DNA of 53,167 nt from positions 1 through 53,167 of the IMG/VR virus record IMGVR_UViG_3300025120_000073, one strand, 5' to 3'. Within the stretch, counting starts at the first letter, position 1. Each line of letters begins with the position of its first letter. The notes beneath the pieces are model-generated. The model saw only the letters and a list, made by a program, of their open reading frames with translations, ran no database searches and had not been told where the DNA came from. This document shows, in pieces, positions 1-8,479 of this stretch. Origin of the DNA: a virus (Duplodnaviria; Caudoviricetes). Both the position numbers and the translations under genes were made by a program.

Positions 1-1
1 T

Positions 2-265
2 AGGATGCCCTGCATCGTTCAAGGCATTATACACGGTTGTGCGGTCACTGCGAATAGCTTCTCGCATATAAAACGCAACCACTTTTTCCATGTGCTTTTT
101 GAAGGCTTGTGCCTGATCTCGGATAGCGGGATGTGTACTGTCAGAAACACTTATAAGTTTCTCTACACAACGCTCCGATACCTCATCAGGTGTAAACCCT
201 CTATTCTCTGTAGTCTGTATGTTAACTACTGGTTCTTTCGGTATATCTACATTAAATTTAAACAT
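2..265 (-). CDS. conserved phage hypothetical protein, runs off the left edge
   Basis: Read manually: MFKFNVDIPKEPVVNIQTTENRGFTPDEVSERCVEKLISVSD...NDAGHP. ATG overlaps the end of the upstream gene; no stop before the edge. Confidence 0.75.
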   Translation of the reverse strand, partial: MFKFNVDIPKEPVVNIQTTENRGFTPDEVSERCVEKLISVSDSTHPAIRDQAQAFKKHMEKVVAFYMREAIRSDRTTVYNALNDAGHP

Positions 266-917
266 TGTTCTCGTCTTTGCTGTATCCCTCTTCGCCATCT
301 CTATAACCGTCTTGTTGCAGTAAGCCACCCACTTTAGTAAAGGCTTGCATAGCGAGCTGATGTTGTTTTCTATACTCGTTCATAAGATCTGTATCGCCCT
401 TCATAAACGAATATGCTTCTAGTAATGAGCCGTAAAGCAAAGCTGTTTCGGCATTGTCACCTAACCATGTTGTACCTGCTGTAACAATAGATGGTGGATC
501 GTAATAGTAGTTTATTTGAGCAAGATACGCAGCATTTGGCGTTGGCGCTAATATAAAAAAGCCCGGTGAGGTAGTAGTGCCTCCCACAAACTGACCATAA
601 TACTTTGGTAATCCTGTGTCATTCGCAGGATACGCCTCCTTCATATAGGTAACATTTTTATTGAGAAGATAGCTATAATTACCACTGCCATCTGTGATGG
701 CTATAGAATACACTGCGATCATGTCTGTGGGTCTAGCTAGATATTGAGAGTTAGCAACTGTACTACCAGTAGAAGCCTTTCGAAGCTCTGGAATAAGAAC
801 CTGACGAAGTATCTTTTCTTCTGCCTGTCGAACAAACGTAGGAATATTAGCCACAAAAGAAGTCTCTGTGTTCTCCGTGTAGTCCTGTATAGCCTGTGTT
901 AACTCTGTATAGTTCAT
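258..917 (-). CDS. putative head-tail adaptor / connector protein
   Basis: 219 aa; MNYTELTQAIQDY N-terminus, LAPTPNAAY and ALLYGSLLEAY segments resemble podovirus adaptor proteins; lies in the virion operon. Confidence 0.6.
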   Translation of the reverse strand: MNYTELTQAIQDYTENTETSFVANIPTFVRQAEEKILRQVLIPELRKASTGSTVANSQYLARPTDMIAVYSIAITDGSGNYSYLLNKNVTYMKEAYPANDTGLPKYYGQFVGGTTTSPGFFILAPTPNAAYLAQINYYYDPPSIVTAGTTWLGDNAETALLYGSLLEAYSFMKGDTDLMNEYRKQHQLAMQAFTKVGGLLQQDGYRDGEEGYSKDENNV

Positions 918-923
918 TTGAAC

Positions 924-1457
924 TTATCCGTTTCTACTAAAGTTGCCGCCTCTGACGGCCTTACCCATACCACCACAGGAACCACCTTTTTGCATGTATC
1001 CCATCTTGTTACGAACAGCCGTAGGGAGTTTCTTCAAACCATTATTGCTTTCGGGAACCGACTTAAGGCTTCCACCCTCTGCTGATTTCTTTGTGGGTCT
1101 TTTTTTTGGTCTTAAAGAAGTAGTTAGGGGTATTGATTTTGGTCTAATTTTAGGTCGCAAAGATTGATTTTTTGGATCTTTTTTCTTGCGAACTTCTGCA
1201 GCTTTTCTTTTTGTATCTGCTCCTGCCTCAAGCTTTGTAAAAGTATTATTACGCCCTTTGTCTGCTGCTCTTTGAAGGCTACTGCGAGCCTTGTTGCGAA
1301 TATTGGTAAGTCCTTTAACAATAGGTTGATTTTTTATACCTCTTTTAACAGCATCAACAACTTTTTTAGTTGTGCTTTTTGAGCGCTTACCTTGCTTACC
1401 TTCCCTAGATTCCATAGTGCGCTTAGTTCTTGGTAAGTTTCTTCCTGTTTGTGCCAT
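924..1457 (-). CDS. highly basic K/R-rich virion-region protein with xxxGG motifs
   Basis: Start moved to ATG 1457 (GGAGG RBS); SAEGG and MQKGG motifs; repeated SLRPKxRP. Confidence 0.75.
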   Translation of the reverse strand: MAQTGRNLPRTKRTMESREGKQGKRSKSTTKKVVDAVKRGIKNQPIVKGLTNIRNKARSSLQRAADKGRNNTFTKLEAGADTKRKAAEVRKKKDPKNQSLRPKIRPKSIPLTTSLRPKKRPTKKSAEGGSLKSVPESNNGLKKLPTAVRNKMGYMQKGGSCGGMGKAVRGGNFSRNG

Positions 1458-1472
1458 CTTGCCCTCCAAAAA

Positions 1473-1484
1473 GTTCAATTGAAC
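1473..1484. repeat. dispersed palindrome GTTCAATTGAAC, copy 1
   Basis: Exact copy, between a TGTTAAAAT -10-like element and the RBS of 924-1457. Confidence 0.95.
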
Positions 1485-1518
1485 TTATTTTAACATGTTT
1501 AAATTTTCAAATCTACCG

Positions 1519-2373
1519 TTAAGGTGTATTCACTTGGCCTCCCATACCACTGTGGTTAGTGCAATAGTAGTGTAATGTTGGTGCGCCCGAAGCTATCACG
1601 ATCTGAGTATAAGCACCTGCGTTTCCGGGGGTTCCGCTAGTTGTAACGCCTGTTGTGTACTCCACACCACCTGAATGGGTTCCGTTTGATGTTGTTGAAA
1701 ACCTTAGTGGGTGACCACTATTACTCGAATGTGATTGATCAAATATGTAGGTATTTCCTTCGCTAAGATTTCCTGTAGGAGATTCTATACCATCGATGTA
1801 AAACTTATTACCACCACTATACCCTGTAGTTACAGTAACTGCGAAAGATTGTGCTACATTGGTAGATAAAGTAGCTACGCCTGTAGTTCCCACGGCAGAA
1901 ACACCATTTGGAAATGCAGTTATTCCTACGCCTAGTAGGGTAACCGTCCCAACCGCACCTATAGCGGCATTTGGAGCAGTTAGATTTGCGCTATATGTAT
2001 TAGCCACAACAGAGCCAACAGAAGATGAGGCTGAAGAACCTGTAACGTTCACCACGCCCTCATCGAAACTTATGGCAACTCTACCGACAGCTCCTGTCAT
2101 AAATTGAGCAGGGTTCCATACAGGAGAAAATCCAAACAACTGTCTGCTTTCTTCTAAAGACCTATCTGGCCTAGCGTGTGCAAGACTTTGAGGATCAAAT
2201 ATTCTAACCCTGCCCAAAAAGTTTTGAGGATGATCGCCATCAGCAACATCCCGACCAACTCTTAGTCCAGTCTTTACGCCATTCTTGAACTCATCAACAA
2301 GCTCATTCAGCGGATACCTGAAGCCAGTTCTGTCGCAGAAACCGAAAGCATATTTACTTCTAGCAGTTGTCAT
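1519..2373 (-). CDS. virion structural protein with C-terminal cupredoxin-like domain
   Basis: N-terminal CDRTGFRY..HPQ block, S/T/G/V repeats, C-terminal GHPLRF...YYCTNHSGMG. Confidence 0.7.
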   Translation of the reverse strand: MTTARSKYAFGFCDRTGFRYPLNELVDEFKNGVKTGLRVGRDVADGDHPQNFLGRVRIFDPQSLAHARPDRSLEESRQLFGFSPVWNPAQFMTGAVGRVAISFDEGVVNVTGSSASSSVGSVVANTYSANLTAPNAAIGAVGTVTLLGVGITAFPNGVSAVGTTGVATLSTNVAQSFAVTVTTGYSGGNKFYIDGIESPTGNLSEGNTYIFDQSHSSNSGHPLRFSTTSNGTHSGGVEYTTGVTTSGTPGNAGAYTQIVIASGAPTLHYYCTNHSGMGGQVNTP

Positions 2374-3047
2374 CCACCACCTAACATAAATGTATTGTAT
2401 GGCACAAATTTGATTGATGCTGTTTCAGCATCTTCACCCGCTGCAAGCTCAAACTGATACTCATATTCTTGCTTTAAGGGAACAACTCTGGCTATTGCTT
2501 CTGGTTTCTTCATAGCTATTTGATATGCAAGACCCGCAACAAGACATGGAACAAATCTAGGTGGTATAGCCGCTGTTGTGCCAACGCCCGTTGCCAAGCC
2601 ATCTATTCCCTTTAATCGATGAAAAGCCAAAATATAATCTGTGTCAGGAACGGGCCAAAGTGTTACTTTTGTTTCTGTAGCCAGTCTTTGAACAAATATT
2701 TGACTAGGCTTACCCTGTGTATTTTTATTAGATTGAGCTGCGTAAGTAGATACAGATATGCGTTGCAATGCTGCATCAACTTGATTTGTTCCTGTTCCAG
2801 TCCTTATTTGATGCTCGATTACATCTATAGTGTCTATGGGCATAGAGTAGGTTGCTGTTCCTGAGCTTAGATTTAAAACACCTGAATCAACCGTAAAAAG
2901 ATTGAGGCCTCTATTTTGCCATTCGAGCAACATGATATTAAGGCTACGCCTCGCTGTTCGAAGATCGTAACCTGTGTTTAGCTCTAGACCTGCGCGTTCA
3001 TAAGCTTCTTCAAATATGTCAGGTAAATCTGGTGTAACGACTGCCAT
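2370..3047 (-). CDS. putative head-completion / adaptor protein (P22 gp4-like role)
   Basis: 225 aa; ARRSLNIMLLEWQNRG, LWPVPD and CLVAGLAYQIA motifs; downstream of the capsid genes. Confidence 0.6.
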   Translation of the reverse strand: MAVVTPDLPDIFEEAYERAGLELNTGYDLRTARRSLNIMLLEWQNRGLNLFTVDSGVLNLSSGTATYSMPIDTIDVIEHQIRTGTGTNQVDAALQRISVSTYAAQSNKNTQGKPSQIFVQRLATETKVTLWPVPDTDYILAFHRLKGIDGLATGVGTTAAIPPRFVPCLVAGLAYQIAMKKPEAIARVVPLKQEYEYQFELAAGEDAETASIKFVPYNTFMLGGG

Positions 3048-3053
3048 TTTATC

Positions 3054-3299
3054 CTACCGTTTCTTGGCTTTAGAGTTTCTAGGGAAACTCCTGTTTTTAG
3101 CTTTTGTTTTCATCGTAAGGTTTTTTCTAGAGTTATCACGAGGGTTTCCATTCTTGTGATCAACGTCTTTTCCATCACCTTTTTTTGCCTTACCTGCTTT
3201 AACCATCTTAGATCGTGCCGTGTTTCGAGATGCCCTCTTTTTCTTCTGTGTAGAGGATTTGTGGTAGCTATCGTATTCTTTTCTATAGTTTCGGGGCAT
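3054..3299 (-). CDS. small HNH endonuclease-like protein
   Basis: DVDHKNGNPRDNSRKNL...NR matches the HNH pattern. Confidence 0.75.
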   Translation of the reverse strand: MPRNYRKEYDSYHKSSTQKKKRASRNTARSKMVKAGKAKKGDGKDVDHKNGNPRDNSRKNLTMKTKAKNRSFPRNSKAKKR

Positions 3300-3301
3300 T
3301 G

Positions 3302-3553
3302 CTATCTATACCCTCTCGTTTTCTTTGCTATCTTTTTGGGTTGAGCCACATGCTGTTTACCTGCCTTCTTACCTTTTCTCTTAGCACGGGAGGTAGCTGA
3401 ATACTCAGCAGCGCTAAGGGATTTTATGGCTGCAGAAGGCAGGTATCTCTCACCAGTAGCCTTACGACCTTGCGTAGATGGCTTACCGCTTTTGGTACGC
3501 CATTTCTGCTTAGTCCAACTTTTAAGGCTTTTCTGTGATTTTTTTAACGGCAT
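3302..3553 (-). CDS. basic hypothetical protein resembling the C-terminal half of DUF5872-like proteins
   Basis: SQKSLKSWTKQKWRTK...TGERYLP; family assignment from memory. Confidence 0.7.
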   Translation of the reverse strand: MPLKKSQKSLKSWTKQKWRTKSGKPSTQGRKATGERYLPSAAIKSLSAAEYSATSRAKRKGKKAGKQHVAQPKKIAKKTRGYR

Positions 3554-3556
3554 TGT

Positions 3557-3805
3557 TTAGAACAACTTCTTTCCTGCTTTTTTAGCTGCGTCTTTTAACA
3601 TTTGCATTTTGCTCTTTGCAGGTTTTGATCTAGTAGTTTTACCACTTCCTTTTTTTGTAAAACTTTTTGGCCCTGCTGTTGCTTTACTCGAACCGCCACG
3701 CTTCATAGCCATAGGCTTTTTAGCCATACCGCCACGCATCATTTTCTTTCCGCCACGCTTCATAGCAACTGGCTTCTTTTTCATCGCTCTAGGTTTCATA
3801 GCCAT
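3557..3805 (-). CDS. very basic K/M/G-rich protein with repeated MKRGG
   Basis: Start moved to ATG 3805 (AAGGAG RBS); MKRGG twice and MMRGG once. Confidence 0.75.
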   Translation of the reverse strand: MAMKPRAMKKKPVAMKRGGKKMMRGGMAKKPMAMKRGGSSKATAGPKSFTKKGSGKTTRSKPAKSKMQMLKDAAKKAGKKLF

Positions 3806-4319
3806 CGTCAAGTCTCCTTTTCCTGTTAACAACTAATTCTTCATACTCTTCATCAGGATACACATCATAGTAACCTAAAGTATGCAACTTATCACTTGCT
3901 CGAACCACCTGTTCGAGGTCTTGAATAAACACCATACAATAGTGCCTATCTATTAAACTTTCCCAGTCATTATCTGAAAGAAAGTCTAGATTTGCATCAT
4001 CCGCACCGTAATCTGGATGAAATTCCATACAATGTAGGTTATCAAAAAGTATATTAAGGTTTTGAACATATTTATTAAATTTGTCTAATTCTGGAACTTC
4101 ATATGAAGCGACAACAACAAGCTCCTTATTAGATAAGATAAAATCAGAGCAATGCCTTAGACTGTCTGCATATATATCATCTGTTTGCACAACTAATACT
4201 TTATTTTTTTCCCAAGCATTCTTAGCGTAGGGACATGGGGAAAGACCTTTTAGGCTTGAGTTTGGCACTTCTAGAACCTCACTCGACCAACTTCTAAGAT
4301 CTCTCTCTATTTCTCCCAT
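3789..4319 (-). CDS. hypothetical protein, DUF1415-like
   Basis: CPYAKNAW and FHPDY motifs; acidic protein overlapping both neighbours. Confidence 0.6.
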   Translation of the reverse strand: MGEIERDLRSWSSEVLEVPNSSLKGLSPCPYAKNAWEKNKVLVVQTDDIYADSLRHCSDFILSNKELVVVASYEVPELDKFNKYVQNLNILFDNLHCMEFHPDYGADDANLDFLSDNDWESLIDRHYCMVFIQDLEQVVRASDKLHTLGYYDVYPDEEYEELVVNRKRRLDDGYET

Positions 4320-4822
4320 TAGTCTCTGTAGCCTCCACCTGCTTTTTTATAAGCTTTTGCCATCATTTGGGCTTTTCTGGCTGACCATTGGCCCGGAGCG
4401 CCACCCTTTCCACCTGCCTTTATTCTATTGAATATACGTTTACGCTTTGCAGGATCTGTATAATTACCTGCCTCGTTGACGCGGCTCTTGGACTTCTTCT
4501 TAGGACTGCCCCCGTCACCCATGCGAATAATACTTAAGTCTTTTGCATCATCGCCAGTAGACATCATGCGACCACCATTTTTTGCAACAGGAACCGCCTC
4601 TTGCTCTCGCATCTGCTTCTTTTTCTTTTGTTGTTTTGCAAGCATACCCGCAGGGCTAAAACCTGCACTTGCCAGTTTACCAAAAGCACCCTCACCCGAA
4701 ATCATTCCATATAATGGACTGATACTACCAAGCACTTTGCTGCCACTCTTTTTCTTAACAACTTTCTTTTTCATCTTACCTGACTTTATCTGCTTGCTCA
4801 TATTCGCTCTTGAGATAGCCAT
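4319..4822 (-). CDS. basic protein with GQWSARKAQ motif (DUF5872-like N-terminal half at its C-terminus)
   Basis: Start moved to MAISRANMS (TAATG overlap); YTDP..RKRI..GGKGGAPGQWSARKAQMMAKAYKKAGGGY. Confidence 0.75.
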   Translation of the reverse strand: MAISRANMSKQIKSGKMKKKVVKKKSGSKVLGSISPLYGMISGEGAFGKLASAGFSPAGMLAKQQKKKKQMREQEAVPVAKNGGRMMSTGDDAKDLSIIRMGDGGSPKKKSKSRVNEAGNYTDPAKRKRIFNRIKAGGKGGAPGQWSARKAQMMAKAYKKAGGGYRD

Positions 4823-4980
4823 TATAGAAACCTTCCTGCTACAGCCGCAGCAACAATCAGAGCAGCAATGCCCCACAGACGCATATCAAGTCGTTCAAGT
4901 TGCTTTTCAATACGCTCAAAACGTCTATCAGACTCTTTTTCATGTTTTTCCATAATCTTTAATACGTCTTGTGCTTTCAT
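4822..4980 (-). CDS. 52-aa coiled-coil protein with C-terminal membrane anchor (not in the ORF track)
   Basis: Read manually: MKAQDVLKIMEKHEKESDRRFERIEKQLERLDMRLWGIAALIVAAAVAGRFL; fills the gap exactly; AGGTG RBS. Confidence 0.75.
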   Translation of the reverse strand: MKAQDVLKIMEKHEKESDRRFERIEKQLERLDMRLWGIAALIVAAAVAGRFL

Positions 4981-4985
4981 TACCG

Positions 4986-5234
4986 TCACCTAATTGTACC
5001 TTTGGTTTTGCCTTTAACAGCAATACCATCGCCTCTAACTCTGCCGCCTCTTTTCTTTTTGGTGACTTTCCCACCTTTTTTAAACTCTTCCATTCCTTCG
5101 TCCAACATATCTTTAAGATTTTGTGATCTTAGTTTAAGAGTTTTCATCTCTTTAGCGCCAGTTTTAGGATCAAGCATTCTATCTTCTACATCACTTAATC
5201 TATCTAAAATATCAAATTTGCTTCTTTTTGCCAT
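4986..5234 (-). CDS. basic hypothetical protein with xKxGG motifs
   Basis: FKKGG, KKRGG; C-terminal RGDGIAVKGKTKG. Confidence 0.75.
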   Translation of the reverse strand: MAKRSKFDILDRLSDVEDRMLDPKTGAKEMKTLKLRSQNLKDMLDEGMEEFKKGGKVTKKKRGGRVRGDGIAVKGKTKGTIR

Positions 5235-5235
5235 A

Positions 5236-5526
5236 TTAACACTTCCATCTCTTTCTAGCCTGTCTTAGGCGACTGTTTGGATCTTTTGCTGCTTTTGGAA
5301 ACTGCTTCATCTGACCTGCAGATCTGGCGCAATAAGACTTACGTCTTTTCGCAGCCTTGCTACCTTTTTTAACTGTGCCAGTCACAGCGGTTTTAAGCTT
5401 AGAACCGGGGTTATCCCTACGGTACTTAGCTACACCTTTAGCGGTCATACCCGCACCTTTTTTGGTGGGGCGTTTTTGCCCCCCCTTGATGGAGTGACCC
5501 TTCATAGTTCCCTTGCGAGCAGCCAT
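5236..5526 (-). CDS. basic phage protein, DUF6321-like
   Basis: GMTAKGVAKY..NPGSKLK..RRKSYCAR..DPNSRL..RWKC; family name from memory. Confidence 0.7.
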   Translation of the reverse strand: MAARKGTMKGHSIKGGQKRPTKKGAGMTAKGVAKYRRDNPGSKLKTAVTGTVKKGSKAAKRRKSYCARSAGQMKQFPKAAKDPNSRLRQARKRWKC

Positions 5527-5530
5527 AACA

Positions 5531-5800
5531 TTAATTAAAGAATATTGTTATAGCTGTTAGTGCCGTAGCAGTAGCTACATGAATATCACTAACTCTAATC
5601 CCATCATCTGGGATATTGACAGCATGAACGTCAGAAGCTTTTAGATCCAAATCTAGAACTGTAGCCCCACCGTTACCATCTGAGATAGTTAATCGGGGTG
5701 TACCCGATCCTGATAAAACATGTATCTGCCGTATGCGAGCAGGGCCAACTGCGAGTGATCCTGCTCCTGTGACACGCTTTGCCTTTACATCACTAGACAT
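5531..5800 (-). CDS. small beta-rich virion protein
   Basis: 89 aa, alternating hydrophobic pattern; in the operon after the capsid gene. Confidence 0.65.
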   Translation of the reverse strand: MSSDVKAKRVTGAGSLAVGPARIRQIHVLSGSGTPRLTISDGNGGATVLDLDLKASDVHAVNIPDDGIRVSDIHVATATALTAITIFFN

Positions 5801-5803
5801 AGC

Positions 5804-6013
5804 TTACCCTTTCTTCTTAGGGCGACCACGCTTTTTAACAGATGATTCTTCCCATGCCTCATTTACATCAGGTGTAGAAGGGTCATCTGCTTTAAGCGTT
5901 CCATCGCTGTTTCTTGCGCGAACTTTGTTAGTCCATACTTTTAGTGGGTTTCCATCTGGGTCTAACCCACGAGCCGCCAGTTCTTCAACACTTGGTGGTG
6001 AAAATCTACTCAT
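5804..6013 (-). CDS. hypothetical protein
   Basis: RARNSDGTLKADDPSTPDVNEAW plus an AT-hook-like KKRGRPKK tail. Confidence 0.7.
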   Translation of the reverse strand: MSRFSPPSVEELAARGLDPDGNPLKVWTNKVRARNSDGTLKADDPSTPDVNEAWEESSVKKRGRPKKKG

Positions 6014-6020
6014 AATTCAC

Positions 6021-6245
6021 CTATGAAGCTGAAATGGTTGCGCCTGTATCGGAACGCTTCCAGTTTGTTCCGTCAGAGAAAGCCAAGATAGCAGCACCTG
6101 CAGCGCCATTTGAAATGTACGCTATAGTACCTGCACCTGCTGTAGCAGCGGAAGGTGCGGCTGCAACTGTGTAGCTTGTTAATGTGATAAGACCAACAAA
6201 TCCATCAGAAGATGTCACTGGGCCTGAAAATGTAGTTGATGCCAT
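6021..6245 (-). CDS. putative head fibre / decoration protein
   Basis: Start moved to MASTTFSGPV; C-terminal LAFSDGTNWKR resembles capsid-spike domains. Confidence 0.6.
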   Translation of the reverse strand: MASTTFSGPVTSSDGFVGLITLTSYTVAAAPSAATAGAGTIAYISNGAAGAAILAFSDGTNWKRSDTGATISAS

Positions 6246-6249
6246 AATA

Positions 6250-6325
6250 AATACCCCTTGCACAAGGTTTTGCCTAGCAGTCTGTGCAACGTCAGGGAGG
6301 GGAGTGTCCTGTCTGCAAGGCTAAT
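6250..6325 (-). ncRNA. structured cis-RNA with pseudoknot downstream of the capsid gene (candidate Mu-gpT-DE-type motif)
   Basis: P1 GCCUUGCAG/CUGCUAGGC, inner CAGG/CCUG hairpin; UUGCACA (6283-6289) pairs with UGUGCAA (6258-6264) beside the RBS. Confidence 0.55.
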
Positions 6326-6359
6326 GTTGCCCCTAAAAAGACCATAACATAGTTTTTTT

Positions 6360-6393
6360 AAAAAGAAAGGGGCAACTCCTGCAAGCTGCCCCT
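6360..6393 (-). terminator. intrinsic terminator after the major capsid gene
   Basis: AGGGGCAGCT-TGCAGG-AGTTGCCCCT followed by TTCTTTTT. Confidence 0.8.
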
Positions 6394-6449
6394 ATTTACC
6401 GGGAGAAGTAAATATCCCCTTTAGAGGGACACTTCTTCTATACCATAGT

Positions 6450-7355
6450 TTACGCTCCGGGGGAACCAAACATTCCTAATGGATCTGATACACCAAAAGA
6501 ATAACGCTCACGAGCTTTGTAGCGAACATTACCTGTATCGAAATCTCCATCCATAGATGTTGCCATAGCGGTACGCTCGAAATGCTTCATACCATTTGGA
6601 ATATCTGTTGTGATGAAGAACGCATCTGTGTCCGTTAGATAGTGATTCACACGATAGCCTTCAGGGATTGATCCATTTGAACGCAATGCGTTTGTATCGT
6701 TATCCGCTGTACCAGTGCGAAGCTCTGTCTGTAGCAGTCTTGTTGCCACGAACATTAGCGCAGGTGGAACGATTAACTTACGAGGGCGAGCCGCGATCAA
6801 TAATCCACGTTCATCTGTGAACGCTGAAATATCAATAACTGCTTGCTCTAGTGAGGTTTCGTTCAAGTCTGCATTTACTGCAAGCCTGTTAGCGTTTGTA
6901 CCACCACCGACAGTTGGGTGTGAAGTACTAAACAATGTAACGCCATCACCTGAGTTGAAGCTTGTAAAACCTGTGTTCAACAAAGCTGCAGCCTTAGTCT
7001 GCTTGGTATAAGCCATAGCGCGAGCTAGTGCTTTTGTATATCGAGCAGACAATGAGTCGTACAAGTTGTCTTCCATCGCTTCTTCAGTGACAGAGAAACC
7101 CATTGCAACGGTCTCATGGTTGTATCGAGCAGTATAATGCTCTTGTGCGTTATCATACGAAATTGCTGCACCTTCTGCTTTCACAGGAGCCGCCCCAAAA
7201 CCACTTAATTTGACTTCTTCTTCAAAGCTTCTGTCTGAAGTTTCTGTCTCATAAATTTCTGAGTGTTCATTTTCGTATTTGTCGTATTCCAAGCCGTACA
7301 ATGCGTTTAGGCCGGGAAGTAGCTCTTTAAGGAGCTGTGCGCGTGAAATAGCCAT
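6450..7355 (-). CDS. major capsid protein (Mu gpT-like, HK97 fold)
   Basis: 301 aa; MAISRAQLLKELLPGL N-terminus, PRKLIVPPAL, YKARERYSFG; followed by a terminator; downstream of the scaffold gene. Confidence 0.85.
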   Translation of the reverse strand: MAISRAQLLKELLPGLNALYGLEYDKYENEHSEIYETETSDRSFEEEVKLSGFGAAPVKAEGAAISYDNAQEHYTARYNHETVAMGFSVTEEAMEDNLYDSLSARYTKALARAMAYTKQTKAAALLNTGFTSFNSGDGVTLFSTSHPTVGGGTNANRLAVNADLNETSLEQAVIDISAFTDERGLLIAARPRKLIVPPALMFVATRLLQTELRTGTADNDTNALRSNGSIPEGYRVNHYLTDTDAFFITTDIPNGMKHFERTAMATSMDGDFDTGNVRYKARERYSFGVSDPLGMFGSPGA

Positions 7356-7366
7356 TAGTCAGTCTC

Positions 7367-7969
7367 CTATGCTTGACCTTTGTCCACAGTCATCGAATGA
7401 TAACTAGGGGCAAATTTTACTAAAATATCCGGGAACCCATCAGTTGGCGGTGATACAAAACCTACAACTTTGAAGGCTTTTGTAGCTGAAGATGCGTCTG
7501 CATCCATTGCCGTATTAGAGTTTCCAGTCGCAGTGCTACCTGTAGAAGTGGATTGCACTGCTGCGAATGTAGTACACATGCCTAAATCAGACTGAGTCAT
7601 AGTCGCGTCTGCTTGTGCTTGAAATAATACATTTGGATCATCAACAACTAAAGCTTTCGCATTTAGTTTACCTGAAGGATAATAGTTCGAATGAACTGTT
7701 TGACCTTCATCGTTCTGATACTCACAACCAACAAAAACACCAATAGCACCAATGCCACTGCCGCCTAAGTTGTTTGTTGTTGCGTCAGCACCTGAAGCGG
7801 TACTAATCGCAATATACCCATCCGTCCCAATTATGACGACTTGACCATTAAAAATATTGGTCGCCTCGCCCGCAGGATCGATCAGGTATTCAGTAGTTGC
7901 CCCTGCATAGGGCATGCCATCCGCACGTTTTACGGGCTTCAGGCCTTGGGGAGCTGCTGTAGTAGCCAT
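7367..7969 (-). CDS. putative capsid cement / minor capsid protein
   Basis: 200 aa, G/A/T-rich; GLKPV, IGVFVGCEY and VVDDPNVLFQAQ motifs; directly upstream of the major capsid gene. Confidence 0.6.
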   Translation of the reverse strand: MATTAAPQGLKPVKRADGMPYAGATTEYLIDPAGEATNIFNGQVVIIGTDGYIAISTASGADATTNNLGGSGIGAIGVFVGCEYQNDEGQTVHSNYYPSGKLNAKALVVDDPNVLFQAQADATMTQSDLGMCTTFAAVQSTSTGSTATGNSNTAMDADASSATKAFKVVGFVSPPTDGFPDILVKFAPSYHSMTVDKGQA

Positions 7970-8015
7970 TTGCTCTTTCTCCTAACCAAATTAAAATTAA
8001 GAAAGCTCCCTAGAA

Positions 8016-8027
8016 GTTCAATTGAAC
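8016..8027. repeat. dispersed palindrome, copy 2
   Basis: Exact copy, intergenic, upstream of the capsid genes. Confidence 0.95.
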
Positions 8028-8034
8028 TTTTTGG

Positions 8035-8478
8035 TTACTTTCCAAACGATGTGCGCGTGGAACGCTCAGGGTTCAACACTGGCATACGAGGATCGTTTTC
8101 TCTCATAAAATTACGATCTACCGCATCCTGTGCGTGTTGAGCCTGTTCGAGTTGTACCTCGACACGTTCTTCAGCAATTTCTGCAGGTATACTACATAAA
8201 AGCAGTCCACCTACCTCAACGTTGTCTTTAAATCGAGAATCGATGTCAGACACAACGGTTAACTCAGGAACATCTGAAGCCTTGACTGGTGTATAGCCTT
8301 CACGAAATCGAGCCGAAACATTAGTATTGTCGCTATTACCCAAAGTTGCTGTGCGAATCCAACGGAAATGTAATCCATCCCTTGGTTCGGGGGTAGGTAG
8401 CGAAGATGGTCGAGACCATCCCTTTTTACGAACTGTTTTTTCTCTAGTTTCTGTAGTGCGTGGAGTTCTATCAGTCAT
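8035..8478 (-). CDS. conserved head-module hypothetical protein
   Basis: 147 aa; FRWIR, REGYTPV and VGGLLLC motifs; between scaffold and capsid genes. Confidence 0.7.
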   Translation of the reverse strand: MTDRTPRTTETREKTVRKKGWSRPSSLPTPEPRDGLHFRWIRTATLGNSDNTNVSARFREGYTPVKASDVPELTVVSDIDSRFKDNVEVGGLLLCSIPAEIAEERVEVQLEQAQHAQDAVDRNFMRENDPRMPVLNPERSTRTSFGK

Positions 8479-8479
8479 A

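Noticed and set aside
1473-1484. Palindrome as a Firmicutes LexA box or canonical parS
   Set aside because: The Firmicutes box is GAAC-N4-GTTC, the opposite half-site order; canonical parS (TGTTTCACGTGAAACA) differs in core and length. Kept only as an analogy.
3054-3299. HNH gene as an intron/intein-associated mobile element
   Set aside because: Free-standing 81-aa ORF; neighbouring genes and terL are uninterrupted.
6281-6300. CUGAC in the post-capsid RNA as a hammerhead ribozyme core
   Set aside because: Lacks CUGANGA and the GAAA/UH elements in the required arrangement.
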